A stretch of 61,922 nucleotides of DNA, counting the filler, from Hausera hauseri (lineage: Eukaryota): the NCBI GenBank assembly GCA_046269625.1. It is 10 parts of 10 records of this genome, joined end to end, with 100 filler letters (N's around TTAATTAATTAA, not from the genome) between each part and the next. Parts side by side here need not be neighbours in the genome. Positions count along the whole stretch, not along the records: positions 34,212 to 39,184 come from JBJURY010374036.1; positions 39,285 to 46,202 come from JBJURY010051663.1; positions 46,303 to 50,648 come from JBJURY010624442.1; positions 50,749 to 57,258 come from JBJURY010092432.1; 6 more parts are not named here. One strand, given 5' to 3'. Both the position numbers and the translations under genes were made by a program. The first letter of the stretch is position 1, and each line of letters starts with the position of its first letter. The notes below the pieces were generated by a model that saw nothing but the letters and a program-made list of their open reading frames with translations, was not told the DNA's origin and did no database searches. Positions 37,413 through 50,889 of this stretch are shown one piece after another.

Positions 37413-40240
37413 ATTGGTGGTGTGAGAGCTTTTGTTTTATTTTATGTTTTGTAGTTACCCTTTGAAGTATTTAGTGAAAAATACATAGACAATACAAAAT
37501 TTATTCTGATCCTCGATTTGTAAATTTCAAAAATGAAAATCATAAAATATTTAAACTTCCATAAATTAAATCAAAGCAAAAATCAAAATTAGATACAGAT
37601 TTATTTATTCATTTCTAAATATTAAAACAAACAAACAAAAACGCAGATACCGACGATTATTAACAAATATTTTCATTTACAGGAATTTACACACTGATCA
37701 TTAAGAAGTAAACAATCACAATTACAGTAAAATTCAAAATATATTTCATTAAGTCTAGATGAGCGAAAGAATCGAGTTTGAGCCGTTTTGTAATAAGTTG
37801 AAAGTCATTACAGATCGTAACAAAGTTATAAGTGTACTAAATAATTTCTTAATGAAGGGATTTCGTCGACTTTTGTCTTTTTTGAACTTGGACTTTTCTG
37901 AAAGGTCTAAAGAAATACGCAAGTTAGGATTTAACGGTTGAACTGAAACAGGTCGAGCGATATTTCCACCCATATTTACATCAGAACCCATTTTATTATT
38001 CTGATTCAATTTTTGTTTCTGTTTAGTAGCTTCGTCAACATCACTTGATCATTCCTTATCTTCGTCGTTTCTAAAACAGACATTATTAGTGGAAAATATG
38101 TCTCTACCCTCAGTTGAAAGAATCGTTTTTAATTTAGGTGAATTGAAAGAGTTCGCTTCCGTGTTTCTTATTTTGGAGCCGATATTAATATCTGAACTGA
38201 TAGTTTTGAAATTTTGACGTTCCTTAATTTGTGTTTCCGTTCATAAACTGTTACAATATGTTTTCTGATTAATGAGACTTCCCTCCAAATAATTTGGAAT
38301 TTCTTGACTAGGATTTACCGGATTATTATCCAAAGGGTAATTAGTGGCTTCTGTTAAAACCGAAGGTGGAACTATAGGAATCGATGCCACTGAGACCTTG
38401 TAGTTACGTTGATGACTGTATCATCGCTGTGAGACCGTAAATGTTTCTGACTTATTTTATGGAGTTTTGCATTTTGAATCACAAAATCATCGCTACCAGT
38501 GGCAGATGTCTCTTCAAGAGGAACTCCATGTCTTTTGTAAAACATATCCCTGATGTATTGCAAATATTTACAGTAGCCAATTATTAACTTCATTATGTCG
38601 GATAAAGTTTCTAAAATGTTTTCTAAAATTTTCCGTAAATCGATGGGCTTTTTTGATAACCCCTTAATACTGTGGAATGTGGATGGCGCCCGAGCCCGCG
38701 GCCCCACAGGTGGATTCAAAATTGGGTCTATTTCTGCTCTTGAATGCTCTATTGGATTCTTCACCATCAACATTGACGTATGTGCCCTCCAGTTGCATAC
38801 TAGCCTTAATGGCCTTGAGCTCAGCTATGTTGTTCTGGAGAATTCCCTGTGTTTCTTTCTCTGTGCACTCCAGGAATTACTTGATGGTTGTTTGACCACT
38901 TGCATCAATGACATTTGCGGCATTTTTCTTTAATGCTGCAGCATCAACTGATCGCTGTCTTTGACTCTGATGAAGCCGGTACGCCTGATGGGTCTGATGC
39001 GCATGATGCTGCTGCGCGTTTCAATTCTCTAAGATGTTTCGCAGCTGCTGCACCAGATACTGCAGCATAATTCGAGGCAGAATACTGCGAAGCATCATAC
39101 TGCAAAACAGATGCATCAATATTATGTTGCTCATTATAGATGGCCTTCTTGGACTTTGATGCGAAGTGACTCAAATGATGTTTGNNNNNNNNNNNNNNNN
39201 NNNNNNNNNNNNNNNNNNNNNNNNNNNNTTAATTAATTAANNNNNNNNNNNNNNNNNNNNNNNNNNNNNNNNNNNNNNNNNNNNACAGGACCATGTGAAA
39301 TCCAAGAAATTGCACAAAAAAACCTTTTCACCCAGTATAACCATAGAAAAAGGTGCTTACGTATAAAATTTTCTCCTCAACGGAATTAAACAAAGACACC
39401 TACAAAAGAAGAATGGGGAACATTAACACTACCGAAAATCAAAGGTAATGTGTACAACTATATCCACCCACAAAGAAAACTGTTGTAAAGTTACCCCTGG
39501 ATCTATTTATTCGGTACAAATACATACATTAAGAAGTAAGGATTTATCCCTGACTGAAAACCGGACAATTGAAATAATGATACCCACCGAACAGAAGACA
39601 ATTACACTATCTTTGACAGATAACTCACCCGAGCAAAAGGAGGAAACTAATATAGAAAGATTATCCTTAGAAGAGCGAATATTTATAGGTCAACCTAATT
39701 GCAAGAAGCAATGATTACCACTTGAATGAGATAGAAAAATACCAAAAGGCAGATAATGCAAATAACCACTCGATATGCCGATATATCCATCATCAATAAC
39801 AACATTCATTACTCTAGAAAACATAATCAATCAACCTGCATATTCTCATGCAGATCTGGAATATTCACTAATAGTCGCCATGTTCCGTCTCGTAAATGGT
39901 ATTTGAAGACAAACCGTAAAAGGAATCGAAAGAAAAGCACCAAGCATTCTTTGCACTCCCAGAGTTGTAGACAATCAATGAATTAATGCCAAAATATTTT
40001 ATGAAAACGAAATTTTAGTAGTTGCACCTCAAATTAGTAGAGCTCACTGCGCTCTATCCTGTGCCACGAAACGTTATTGAGAAGAAATGTATAACCTAGA
40101 GGTCACAAGTTCACGACCCCCGATATGGTGTACAAAACATGACAATTGACAAATACTCCTAAAACTACAGTTACAATCTTCTTGTCCAAATATCTTTTGG
40201 TTGAGTAGTTTTCGCTACTCCGTACATAATAAAATTCCAT

Positions 40241-41450
40241 TTGATAGAAGGATTAAGACAGACCCCAGAACGAATCAAAGTAATCCCATTCAGACTATTG
40301 ACTATCTATCTTCAAATGAGATCTGATCGTGTAATGTTCAGTTTACCTAATCCCAATTTTATCGTCACATTAGATTATGCTAATGACGCTAGCTTTCTGA
40401 TCAGCAGCACTCCAAAAGGGAGTAAATTCATTACTTCGATATCCAACACTCGGCGAGATAATGAAAAGAGGAAAATTCATCTTTAGAAAACCCACCAACA
40501 CTCCTAACGACAATAAAACGCTTGCCATCATATCACCGTCAGTTGAACCAATAAAACAACTTCAAATAGATTATAATATATTCCTGCTAATAGTAATAAT
40601 AACACCCATCAGTGTAACATTGATTATAGCAGCAATTCTTGGTATATACGTGCATAAAGAAACACGAAAAAAGAAATATACCTCCTTCGAGAGCAACACC
40701 TGATAAATTATTCGAAATTCCTCTAACCCACCTGGAATACGACTTCGAAATTTACGGCGACGAAAAATTGTTATCAAACATCAAGGAAGAATACTACCCC
40801 TATGTAGAAAATAACGAGGAACAAATTCTACCAAAGGCTGAACGCTACATGTTAGGATGTACTTGTGAATCAACTAATTCACTGGTCTATACAACAGTAA
40901 ACAACGCCGGAAAAGCCCCACGAATGTTAGCTGTAGCTTCAGAAAACGAAGGAAGAGCTAAAGAAGCTATAACCCAATTAGGCGACGAAGCAGATGAAAC
41001 ACTGAAGTTCCAAGATACAAATGGCAACACCATCATTCATATGAGTGTGTGTCATGATTTCTTTATAATCATGCTCATTCAATCACAAGCACCCTTGCAC
41101 ATACCTAACGTAGATGGAGAAATTCCCTTATTGCTTGCTATACGCCATGGTCGACATAACCTTAGAGCTCTAATATTCTATTATGCCTACGACAACAAAG
41201 TATTTCAGACTATTTTCCAACCACAATTACGCAGTACTCCATTACATCATGCAATAGTATTCAAATGATTTCTCTTATTGGAAGCCTTCCTAAATACAAA
41301 ATTCGACAACTGAACCTACCTATTCGATGTAAACTACGCTCCTGGCACATGAGGAAACTCATCTCATAACTGCACTTTTGACTCCATCCTGATGCGACGA
41401 CCAGATATCTACCCAAAACCCACAATTATCGAAACCTAACGATAAATGAC
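40241..41450 (+). pseudogene. Single-pass TM protein with cytoplasmic ankyrin repeats (Notch-like topology)
   Basis: TM IFLLIVIITPISVTLIIAAILGIYV followed by basic HKETRKKK. Ankyrin motifs QDTNGNTIIHMSV, NVDGEIPLLLAIRHG, RSTPLHHAI. Confidence 0.6.
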
Positions 41451-41773
41451 ATTCTGATACGTGACCCAATGATTAGCTCCTTCGAACGAGAACGCTGATT
41501 AGCCATCATGCGTCGTGAGATAATATAAACAATTTCACACTTCACGAACTTTTATCTAAGTGTATATTTTAGTATGGCTATTTGGTTCTGTATATTGTTA
41601 TCATCTTTATTCCTAATCACTGAGGCTCCTTATTTCATACAACTACCGACACTATCTTATAGCCATTGTATATAACTCATGATTGATATAGTACTGCATG
41701 TTATTGTTTTATGTAATTTTCATTTTATTAGTGTAAATAAACTTTTATCTTTATGTTTTGTATTAAGACTGAA

Positions 41774-42302
41774 AATGGATTCCTATATCGATTCACCAAC
41801 TTTTTATGACGCTTTGGAGTCCTACCTGAGTTTAGACCAATTGCATTATACTGTTTCCAATCAAACAGCTATTCCAAATAACCTAAAGTCTGAGAAACTC
41901 CAACTCTATTCCAGACAAATGTGTATACAACAAACAACAACCGATATAACCAATTCATTATCGCAATTAATCCTTATCGATAAACCAATGAAATTGGACA
42001 TTATAGTCATTCTTTGTGCCTGTGGCAAATTAACTGTCAGTGTCAATTACAATGATCCTATATTCAACATTAATCACGAACTACTTGATAACTCTGCTGT
42101 AATTATTACTATCCCTCCTGTGGAATTATTGTCTTTTACAATTTCCTCTTTAACCAATTGTATACATGCTATGGAATCAATCCAACCAAAACTTATATAC
42201 ACCGACAATGAGGATTATGACCAACCAATACATATACCCAACCCGCTGTCATCAATAAATGCATACATTTCAGCACCAGAAGGGTTATCCCTATCAGATT
42301 AA
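41774..42302 (+). CDS. Uncharacterised ORF in cargo-like gene run
   Basis: Open ~175 codons from MDSYIDSPTFY. No recognisable motif. Confidence 0.35.
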
Positions 42303-42369
42303 AACACCTATTCACCTTCATATCCTATAATTACGTCGCCACTCAACCCAGTTTGACAACTATCAACCA

Positions 42370-42827
42370 GACCATTATTGATATAGTTATACTAGATTAT
42401 AAAAGCGAGATTTTGTTATAACAACACATGTACCCTAGATATAAAGTCATCGACTGGAGAACACCCTTTACAGGCATGACAGATTATCTCACCCTAAATA
42501 AAATCGATAATGAAGATTTCTTACCCCTCATAGAAGGTATACTGAAGCACAAATTCATTATAACGGCACAATTAGATTTACTTTTATGCTCATTGTAACT
42601 ACCCACAACTCATACCAATGGCTGTTTCGATCTTACCCGTCACCATATCGCTACAAACTTCTCGGCAAACCCAGTACTCAATTCGTTTAAGTGAACAATT
42701 ATTACATACCACCAACATTCCTACGCATACATCACGGTTGGTGCAAGCCCACCTACTTAGACAATTGTATAACTATCTGATAAACTCATTTTATATTCAA
42801 GATATTGCCGAATTAAATCTCAATTAA
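42370..42827 (+). pseudogene. DEDDh (REX4/ISG20-like) exonuclease remnant
   Basis: IVILDYKSEILL*QHMYPRYKVIDWRTPFTGMT..IEGILKHKFII resembles VSIVD..G.VL.D.YV.P...V.DYRT..SGIT..ILKGKI+VGH. Later LSEQLL..HTS..QAHLLRQLY resembles the ExoIII region. Confidence 0.6.
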
Positions 42828-42839
42828 GTCTACTTATTT

Positions 42840-43627
42840 TTGGATTTTCCGGAATGTATGGAATGCCGTATAATCCTCGATGTAGCGTACAGACTCACAC
42901 CTTGTCTACACTTATCTACACTATATTGCCCAATTTGTAAATCTGAGATCAAATACTGCATCCAACATAATTCTTATGAATCTGATGCTGCCCAATCATT
43001 ACTCGACGCCCATATATTTGACATTCTTGAACCTACTGATCACATTACATATTACTACACTTGGTTGTGTCAACCCCTTTCTCTATTCCTTTTTTCCAAC
43101 TCCATACATGTTGTTTATGCCATAAACCCAATAAAACAACTTACCAATTTAGTTGTTGTAGTGTCGAATACTGCTCCCATTGTTACCAAGCAGAATCCCA
43201 CCACCGCCACCTTATTTGCAGCATATGCTATTTCTGTCCTCAATTTATATATTCTTATTTCCATCACGCTATAAGAGCCCTTCTCACTACTACTAACACG
43301 CCAATTCCCAAATTACTTCTAATCAGATATTTTCGATTAGAACCACAATCATCCGCCAGAGTTGAATTTACAATCTATCGTTTTAGCCCGTCCACAATAG
43401 TCAGGCCACCACCAGTTACATACAAAGCACCTTTACCCCACATAAATGTCACGTCCCTAATACGTCAACCATCCTCAATACCACATGCACGTTATCGTCC
43501 CGAACAGATTATTAGGCCGTTACCTTTACTACCAGCACCTACACCTTCAATAACACGTACAGACTATATCGCATTTCCCTCCACTACCATCATCGTTACA
43601 ACAAGATTGGTTCCCAGTCTTAAATAG
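42840..43627 (+). pseudogene. RING-like and further Cys-rich zinc-finger remnant with Pro-rich tail
   Basis: ECMECRIILDVAYRLTPCLH..CPICKSEI, then CCLCH..CCSVEYCSHC..ICSIC. Confidence 0.55.
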
Positions 43628-44005
43628 ATGTCCGATTGATCTCATTACCGACCTAACTTCACCAGACCTTTGGGCATCACTGCAAATCCTTACCGAACGT
43701 ATAAATGTGGTCAAATTCCAATGCAACCACAATCTATGTGCAACGTGCTTCAACAAACTTCGACCATAATTCCTTCAATTCATCGACCAAAGCGATGCTC
43801 TCAGAATGACCTTCCAGAACGGCATTTCATGCCCTTACGGCCGTCAACCAACCGTCTATTATCACTTCTACACCTACGACAACCGCACCAAACTACTATG
43901 CCATTGGATCAACCCAGTGAACGATGCGACACTAAGAATAAAACCCAGAAACCTCAGCTTCATTGATGTCAGTACCCAGAGTGATCTGGAGGACCGAATC
44001 CTTTT

Positions 44006-44196
44006 AAAAGGTGGAAAATGTTAGGGTTCGTTAATTGAACTCAACAACCCAACAAAACCAAGACACTGACAATTTATCGTGATCCTAACAAAAACTGACT
44101 TTATATGATCAAATCAAACATTATAGACTGTGACTACATGTATATTATTGTGCTTATTAATTAAACATTTGTATATATAATTGTTAACCAAAGCGG
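44006..44196 (+). repeat. Putative PPT + short LTR + PBS-like site
   Basis: ctggaggaccgaatcctttt-AAAAGGTGGAAAA-TGTTAGG, the gypsy 'LEDxxxxKGG' 3' signature with TG at 44019. ATTAAA near 44160. TGTTAACCAAAGCGG at 44182 resembles TGGTAxCAGAGCG-type primer sites. Confidence 0.5.
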
Positions 44197-46419
44197 CTAA
44201 ATATTAATTAATAAAAACAGTTAACATATAAAATATTCACCAGACAAAATACTATAACTTAAAGAATGTATACATAATTAGATGTTAGAAGATATTAGAA
44301 ACACGGTAAAAAATGTGCCAATAAATATGGCAAATGCACAATAATGGAAACCAATTTGGAAATAGGATACAAATTTGCCCAGAAATATACAACCCCGAAA
44401 TATGCAATAATAAAATTTAGAATATGCAGGAACATGTACATAATCAGAATTAGGATATACTCAGAAATATACAATAACTGACAATCAGAGAAAAACAAAA
44501 ATACAATAATGGAAACTTTAACTCCATAAGTATGCACAAATAATGTTAAAACAGCTAATTAATCAGTTTAGAAACCAAAATTAATCAATTGCTTAATTAA
44601 ACAATTTGGAAAAACCAAAACTTATGGAATTTCCAGAATATAAAATTAGAATATGATTAGACAAATTTCGCACATTGGTTACCAGAATTTTAATAAATAT
44701 AGAATGTGAAATTACTAATCTAAAGGAACAGTACTCACAACAAAACCTAAATGAAATCATACGTTACCTTCGCCAACTATTTACCAAATCGAAAAACTGA
44801 AAACATTGAAACAGAATCAGCTAGGGAAATATCAACATAACCAGACATTGAAATGAGCCATAGGCAAACCTGGCTGCGTATATTCCTATGGGAAATTAAT
44901 AGAACCCTAGATAAACAACAATCCTCAGATTATCACTATTTAAAAACATCATTTGTAGCGCTGATTGACAATACTTCACCCAAGGCGATACCTACGCCTT
45001 TAAAACTATAGCCTCAACAGTATTTAAAAACCAACCCTCTCAATTTACATACAGGAGTTTTTACATAATTTACCACATTGAATACATCTATTTACCAATT
45101 GCTTAACACAGCCTTACATAGATCTAAACAGTCGGAAATCTCGACACAGGACATAGAAATACTCAACGATCTAGAGAGATTGTGGTATAGACCACGTAAT
45201 TAACGGGCTTTGGACTCGGAGAATGCGAAATATTGAAAACGACCGAGAACAGTATAAGAAACACATGGATAGACCTATTACTATTGGAAGCAGGACTGGA
45301 AGACGAACCCCTCACAGAGGAGCTGGTTGGAGCCCTCATTAATGTGATCGAGAAAACCGAATATTTCAAAAACAAAGCTTAAAATGTTAGAAGAGTTACG
45401 ACATGAAGTCGAAATACTATACGATGGATACTTAAAAGATAAACAAGCATTAGGAACCGTACATCTTGATAGGGAGTGGATGAGAGCAAAGTGCGGGTAT
45501 GTGCATAATACACAAATAAATGCAAATTGCAACATTCAATATTTACCAGTGGAATAGAAAATCTATAAAAGAGGTCAATTCCCAGAGGCAATCTATAGAC
45601 TGAAAATACGCAAGTATTACGATAGGAAATTGCTGTATTAACTGTAAGACGTGCTTATGATAAATAAAAATATAGACGTAAAATTTGGACAACCCGATTA
45701 TTGCATTACGTAAAAATATATAAACAATAATTAGCGATTACAACAGAGGTTACAATCAGCTTTCAGACAATGAAAAGAACCCCAAGCCAAACTCCAAAGT
45801 ATCGAAACATGACCCTTGGATATTTCATAATGTTAGCAAATTAGAAAGAGAGCAAACCATGAAAATGGAATGGCAAAGACATTTTATCCATTGCATAGAG
45901 GAACAGAACCTCGAAATTTCAAAAGGAAAAACAAGCTATACTGAATTATTTATTTGACATGGAAAGGTTTGGATCTTATAACCCCACATTACACCTAGAC
46001 ATTTACTACTATGAAATGATAAGAAGATGCGCTGATAGCTATTCAAATATTCCAATTAGAAGAAGAACGATCACGGAAGAAGATTCCAATAAGCAAATTA
46101 GAAAGTGTTGTACAAATGAATCACAGAATATGCATCTGCAGTAAACTAAGGTCACCGATAGAAAAATTCCTTTAACAAAAATTATACGCAAGTGCTTAGA
46201 TANNNNNNNNNNNNNNNNNNNNNNNNNNNNNNNNNNNNNNNNNNNNTTAATTAATTAANNNNNNNNNNNNNNNNNNNNNNNNNNNNNNNNNNNNNNNNNN
46301 NNTATTTATATCCAACAACCAAAATTAAAAAAAATTTTTTTGACACAAACCGACCAATCAAATTACACCAAGTGGGGGTGTGAATAGTGAAACCACGATC
46401 AGGCCAGAAAAAGCTTTTT

Positions 46420-46900
46420 TCACAACCAAAATTTAAACAAATTCTTTCGCGCCAAATTCAGATTTTTAAGTCACTCCGAATCCATGCAGTACGCGTGTTT
46501 GTGTGCATCCACTTTGTGATTGTGTGTCTCCTATCTCCGCTCTATTAATTGTGCGTATGTATATCGTTTTTTCTACACCATGACTCATCCGCGAACCATA
46601 TCAATTTTTCTTCGCGGGGGGGGGCATTGGCCTGGTGTCCTCACATCTACCTACTAACAACATATACCAAAATTAAACAAAAATATTTTTCGCGTTAAAT
46701 TCCAATTTTTTAAACCATTCCGAATCTATGCCGTACGCGTGATTGTGTGTATCACTAAAGTGCTTGTGTTGCCCATCTCCACCCTATTAATCGAGCATGC
46801 ATATATCGTTTTTTCTACCCCATGACTCATCCGCTAACCTCATCAGTTTCCCCTGCGCGGGGAGGGGGGAGTGGCTTTATGTGCTCCTTTCTTCCTACTA
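46420..46900. repeat. Two diverged tandem copies of a ~240-bp unit
   Basis: Both copies share ccgaatc.atgc.gtacgcgtg, tatatcgttttttctac.ccatgactcatccgc and a G-run. They end in ctacctactaac and cttcctactact. Confidence 0.8.
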
Positions 46901-47580
46901 CTGTTTGCTACGTTTCAGTATTTGAATTCTATGATCCGAAACATTATCCATTCCAAGTTTGATACTATCATCTGAATTTGTTGCCAATGTAAAAAATGCA
47001 TTATTCGTAACACTCTTTTCTGTCAAATTAAGTAGTATTTGATCAGGGATCCTCGATCTCAAGTTGATTGCCATTGTCAAATTAAAGCCACTAATAAATT
47101 TTTTTAGAACTTGAGGCTGTGTGTATACGAGACAGCTCAAACCATTAAAATATGGCTGAAGAATGCCGGATATTTCGATTTTTTATTAACAGTTTTACTC
47201 CAAAAATCCCAAGGGACATGAGCAAACAAATTGTTGATTAAAAGGGATGCAAACTGCATGTTGCCAGCAAGGCTTTGGAGATTGACCACACGGGTGACTG
47301 TCACAATTTATCAGATTTCTGGACGTTTGAATGCCTTCGATTAGTTTGACTTCTTGATTGTTGATGAATAGCTCATATGTCTAAGAGCATGTGATTCTTG
47401 AAAGAGTAAAGTTAATATTTGGGACACGAATTAACTCCTTTAACAACAACATCTTTCGAACACAACTTTGGTCATGCCATTCGTTTATGATTTGTTCCTG
47501 CTTTAATAAAGAAGTCTTCAAAATACTCTGAGAGAAATTCAAACGTTGGCCTTTCTTCTGGTTTAGCATTACACGTCATT
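46900..47580 (-). pseudogene. LamininG-EGF-LamininG extracellular protein remnant (agrin/EYS/pikachurin-like)
   Basis: INEWH (LamG), NCDSHPCGQSPKPCWQHAVCIPFNQQFVCSCPLGF (EGF), then PYFNGLSCLVY..INLRSRIPDQILL (next LamG). Confidence 0.65.
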
Positions 47581-47794
47581 ATCATCGTATTATACGTTGC
47601 TGTGGGATAACTCTTAATACAAAGCATTTGATATCCCGCTTAAACTTGTCTAAGGGTTTCTGTTTTATTTATTGATGGATATGGAACACCACTGTGGGTC
47701 ATTATCTCACGTATAAATATACCATTAATTAGTTTGGTCGCAACGTCAAATTCTATACATTTTAGAAGTCAATTCTTGTTCGAGTTTCTCCGAA

Positions 47795-50648
47795 TTAGTG
47801 CCCCGTGGCAAAATGAAATACTATAAAGAAGAAAAATAAATGTATATTATAGTAAGAAAAGGAAGAACTTGTACCTATTCGGTTTTGGTATGTGTCAAAC
47901 GTTAGATTCCATCTATGAACTTCACCCTACTGTAAGTACTAATCAGCTTCAAATTGCAACCCCTAGTTCGTTACAATGTGACGTGGTGAACCAAAGCGGC
48001 TGATCCATATCTTGATAAAGGCATCTGCTACCGAATTGGTGTTTGTTGATCGAAGAGGAAAAGCTTCCGGCCATCGAGAAGCGCAAACCATCATAGATAA
48101 GATGTATTGATAACCGTTGCCGGATGATAAAGGGCCGAAAAGATCCAAATGAACGGTGTCAAAACGAGACGTACAAGGGAAGTGGTAAAGTGGTAATTTT
48201 AGGTGTTTATGGACTTTATTTTGCCGACATTCCACACATCCCTTAACCGAAATCTGTACATCTGTACGCATAGTCGACCATACAACGTGGCGCTGCAGTA
48301 GACGAAATGTAGCTTTCGACTCCGGATGATGAAGAGAGTGAAATTAATTGAAAGCTGGCTTTTGTAACGACGGAGCTAGAATGATTTTTTATTAGTCGAG
48401 TTCAAGGTGTCGTAGGCGATGCTATCGATGATCTCAACAGATTTAAAAGCTTGGAGAATATCAGATGATGGCTGATTACTTCTCAGGATTTCAAAGGAGA
48501 AAATTGGCTAAACTGTAATTGAGCTGATCTACCGCGACCGAAAGTCTGATACTAAATTTTCCGTGCCTAAAATATATTTCATACGAAAACTAAATATGGA
48601 CAGGACTTATATATGTCGTTTTTGTCTAGTGGTGGCTGTTTTAACGTCTTGATATGAAGCAGGTCGGTTTGGATGACGAATTGACGTGACAGAAGCAAAT
48701 GCTTGAAATGCTTTACTGCTAGAACTATGACCAGAAGTTCACGATCGAATGTTGAGTATCTGCTTTCTGGTTGCGTGAGCTTTCGGGAATAGAATTCTAA
48801 CGGCTCATCGATACCATTGTATATTTGGTGTAATATCGCGCCAGTGGCTGTGGTGGAGACATCGATGGTTAATATTAGTTCCGCGCTGGGTTTTAGAAAA
48901 ACAAGATTTTCAACGGTTTTCACACCTTCGCGAAGGCGATCAAATTGGTTTATTTGATCAAGAGTCCATTGGATTAATTGGCCTTTCTTCCCGGATGAAA
49001 GGTGTGCAAAAGGTGACGTTAGTTCGGAGAAGTGTGGCACGTATTTGTGTACGCAGTGTTCCTACAAAACTTCTCATACCGGTTAGTACTAGTTTGTAAT
49101 GTCACATTTTGCAACTGTTGTAAGCGATCAGGCTGGGGGAATGATTATCGGGAGTAATTATGTGGCCTAAAAAGTTGATGCGTTTTTGCAAGAAATTACA
49201 TTTGGAAAATTAATCTGCAGGTTGCTTTGATGCAATCTGCAAAAAATATTTCAGATATGCTCATGACGTTGTTTGATGGAGGTGAAGGCGACTAATATGT
49301 CGTCTGCATGTGGATGAGCAAAATCAAGAACTGAAAATACGGTGTCAATGTGGCGTTGAAAGGGCTGAGATAAGCAACGAAGGCAGAAAGGCGTGAAAAT
49401 GTACTCATAAAGACCAAATGGTGTGATGACAGCAGTCTTTGGAATATCCTGAGGTGCAACAGAAATTTGATGATAGGCATTGTGCAGATTAATGGTAGAA
49501 TAGACATTGGTGTTATTGAGGCCACAAAGGATGTTTTTAAGGACTGGTAGTGGATAGGCATCTCTAATAGTTAGGTTATTTACTTGACGATATTCGCCAC
49601 ATGGCCTATAAGTACCATCTTTTTTGCTGCTACATGAAAAGAGGAAGCCCAAGGTGAGTTTGATCTCCAAATGATGCCAGACGTTTCAAATTCATTGAAC
49701 TCCTTTTCCACGGCTTTGCGTCTGTGTGGGGACAAAGGTGTGAACTTTTGTTTAATAGGCCTCTGATGCTCTGTTACTATTTGATGATAAGTTGAGGATG
49801 GAGGCTTGAAGTTGATGTCTTTTTAACTATACGAAAACAAGATGTTGTGATGTATGATTTAAGGCCGGAGCCTAGAGAGAGGAATGAAGGTGGTACATTG
49901 TATGAATAGTTACTAACTGTAATTGACGCAGAATGACTAAACACGCCATTTGGTTCAGTCGATTGTTTCAAGATTGACTTGATCCCACTTGACGTAATTA
50001 AAAACATAGATAAACTATTAAACGTATTGCTGTCAGCAGACGAGCAGCGTGTCAAATTCACATCTGAATAAGTAGAGGTAAGCAAGGTGTCCGATTGGTA
50101 GTTTTGCAGGCATTTGTAGTATCTACAACCGAGTTTCTGCAGCCAAGAAATCGGAGCCTAGTATGGGCGATCTAATATACGCCACATGAAACGTCCACGA
50201 AAATTTACCTGGTAGGTTAGAGAATGTGAAAAACAGTTTTGTAGTGCCTACTGTATGCAAGGGTTGACCGCAATCAGTGAAAAGTAGAGGAGAAAATACT
50301 GTAGTAGATGTGGAAGCAAAAGATAATGGATGCAGTGAATAAGCAGCTCCCGAGTCGATAAGAAAATTGACATGTGAAGTGTCTCTGAATAGCAGTGCAA
50401 CCTTCAATAGAAAAACTGCCGAAGTGGTGTTGAAACGGCCAGAAAATTGAGCGTATTTGCCTGCGCCAAAATGTGCCGTGAAATCTGGCGGCATTATTAA
50501 TTTTTTAAAGGATTTGGAGAAAAGCAAGAAGGGAAGAAAAGGAAAAGATTTATTTTTGTACTGTTTGTAACCAGGCACACATGATCTGGTCTGTGACTGG
50601 TACTGATTGTGGTAGATGTAAATAGGGTTGTCCTATAGCGTGTCGTTC
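47795..50648 (-). mobile_element. Ty3/gypsy pol (PR-RT-RH-IN), decayed
   Basis: FLIDSGAAYS, ILGSDFL, YRPCGEYRQVN, YPLP, HADDIL, YSTFDRELL, VHLDLFGPL, SRWPEAFPL. The 3' end tttgccacgggg is shared with the contig 4 copy. Confidence 0.93.
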
Positions 50649-50889
50649 NNNNNNNNNNNNNNNNNNNNNNNNNNNNNNNNNNNNNNNNNNNNTTAATTAA
50701 TTAANNNNNNNNNNNNNNNNNNNNNNNNNNNNNNNNNNNNNNNNNNNNAAGAAGACGAAGAACAACGAAAAAACATTTTCCAAAATCGACACTTTCATTG
50801 ATGACAGTAATCCTCAAAAGAAAAATTTAAATAAACATTTGACTTTTATGGAATTAATTATTTATCAGAGAACTAAGTCAAATTAGTAA

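Noticed and set aside
37750-39184. Broken minus-strand ORFs next to the pPolB
   Set aside because: No recognisable motif; cannot be assigned to the element or to the host.
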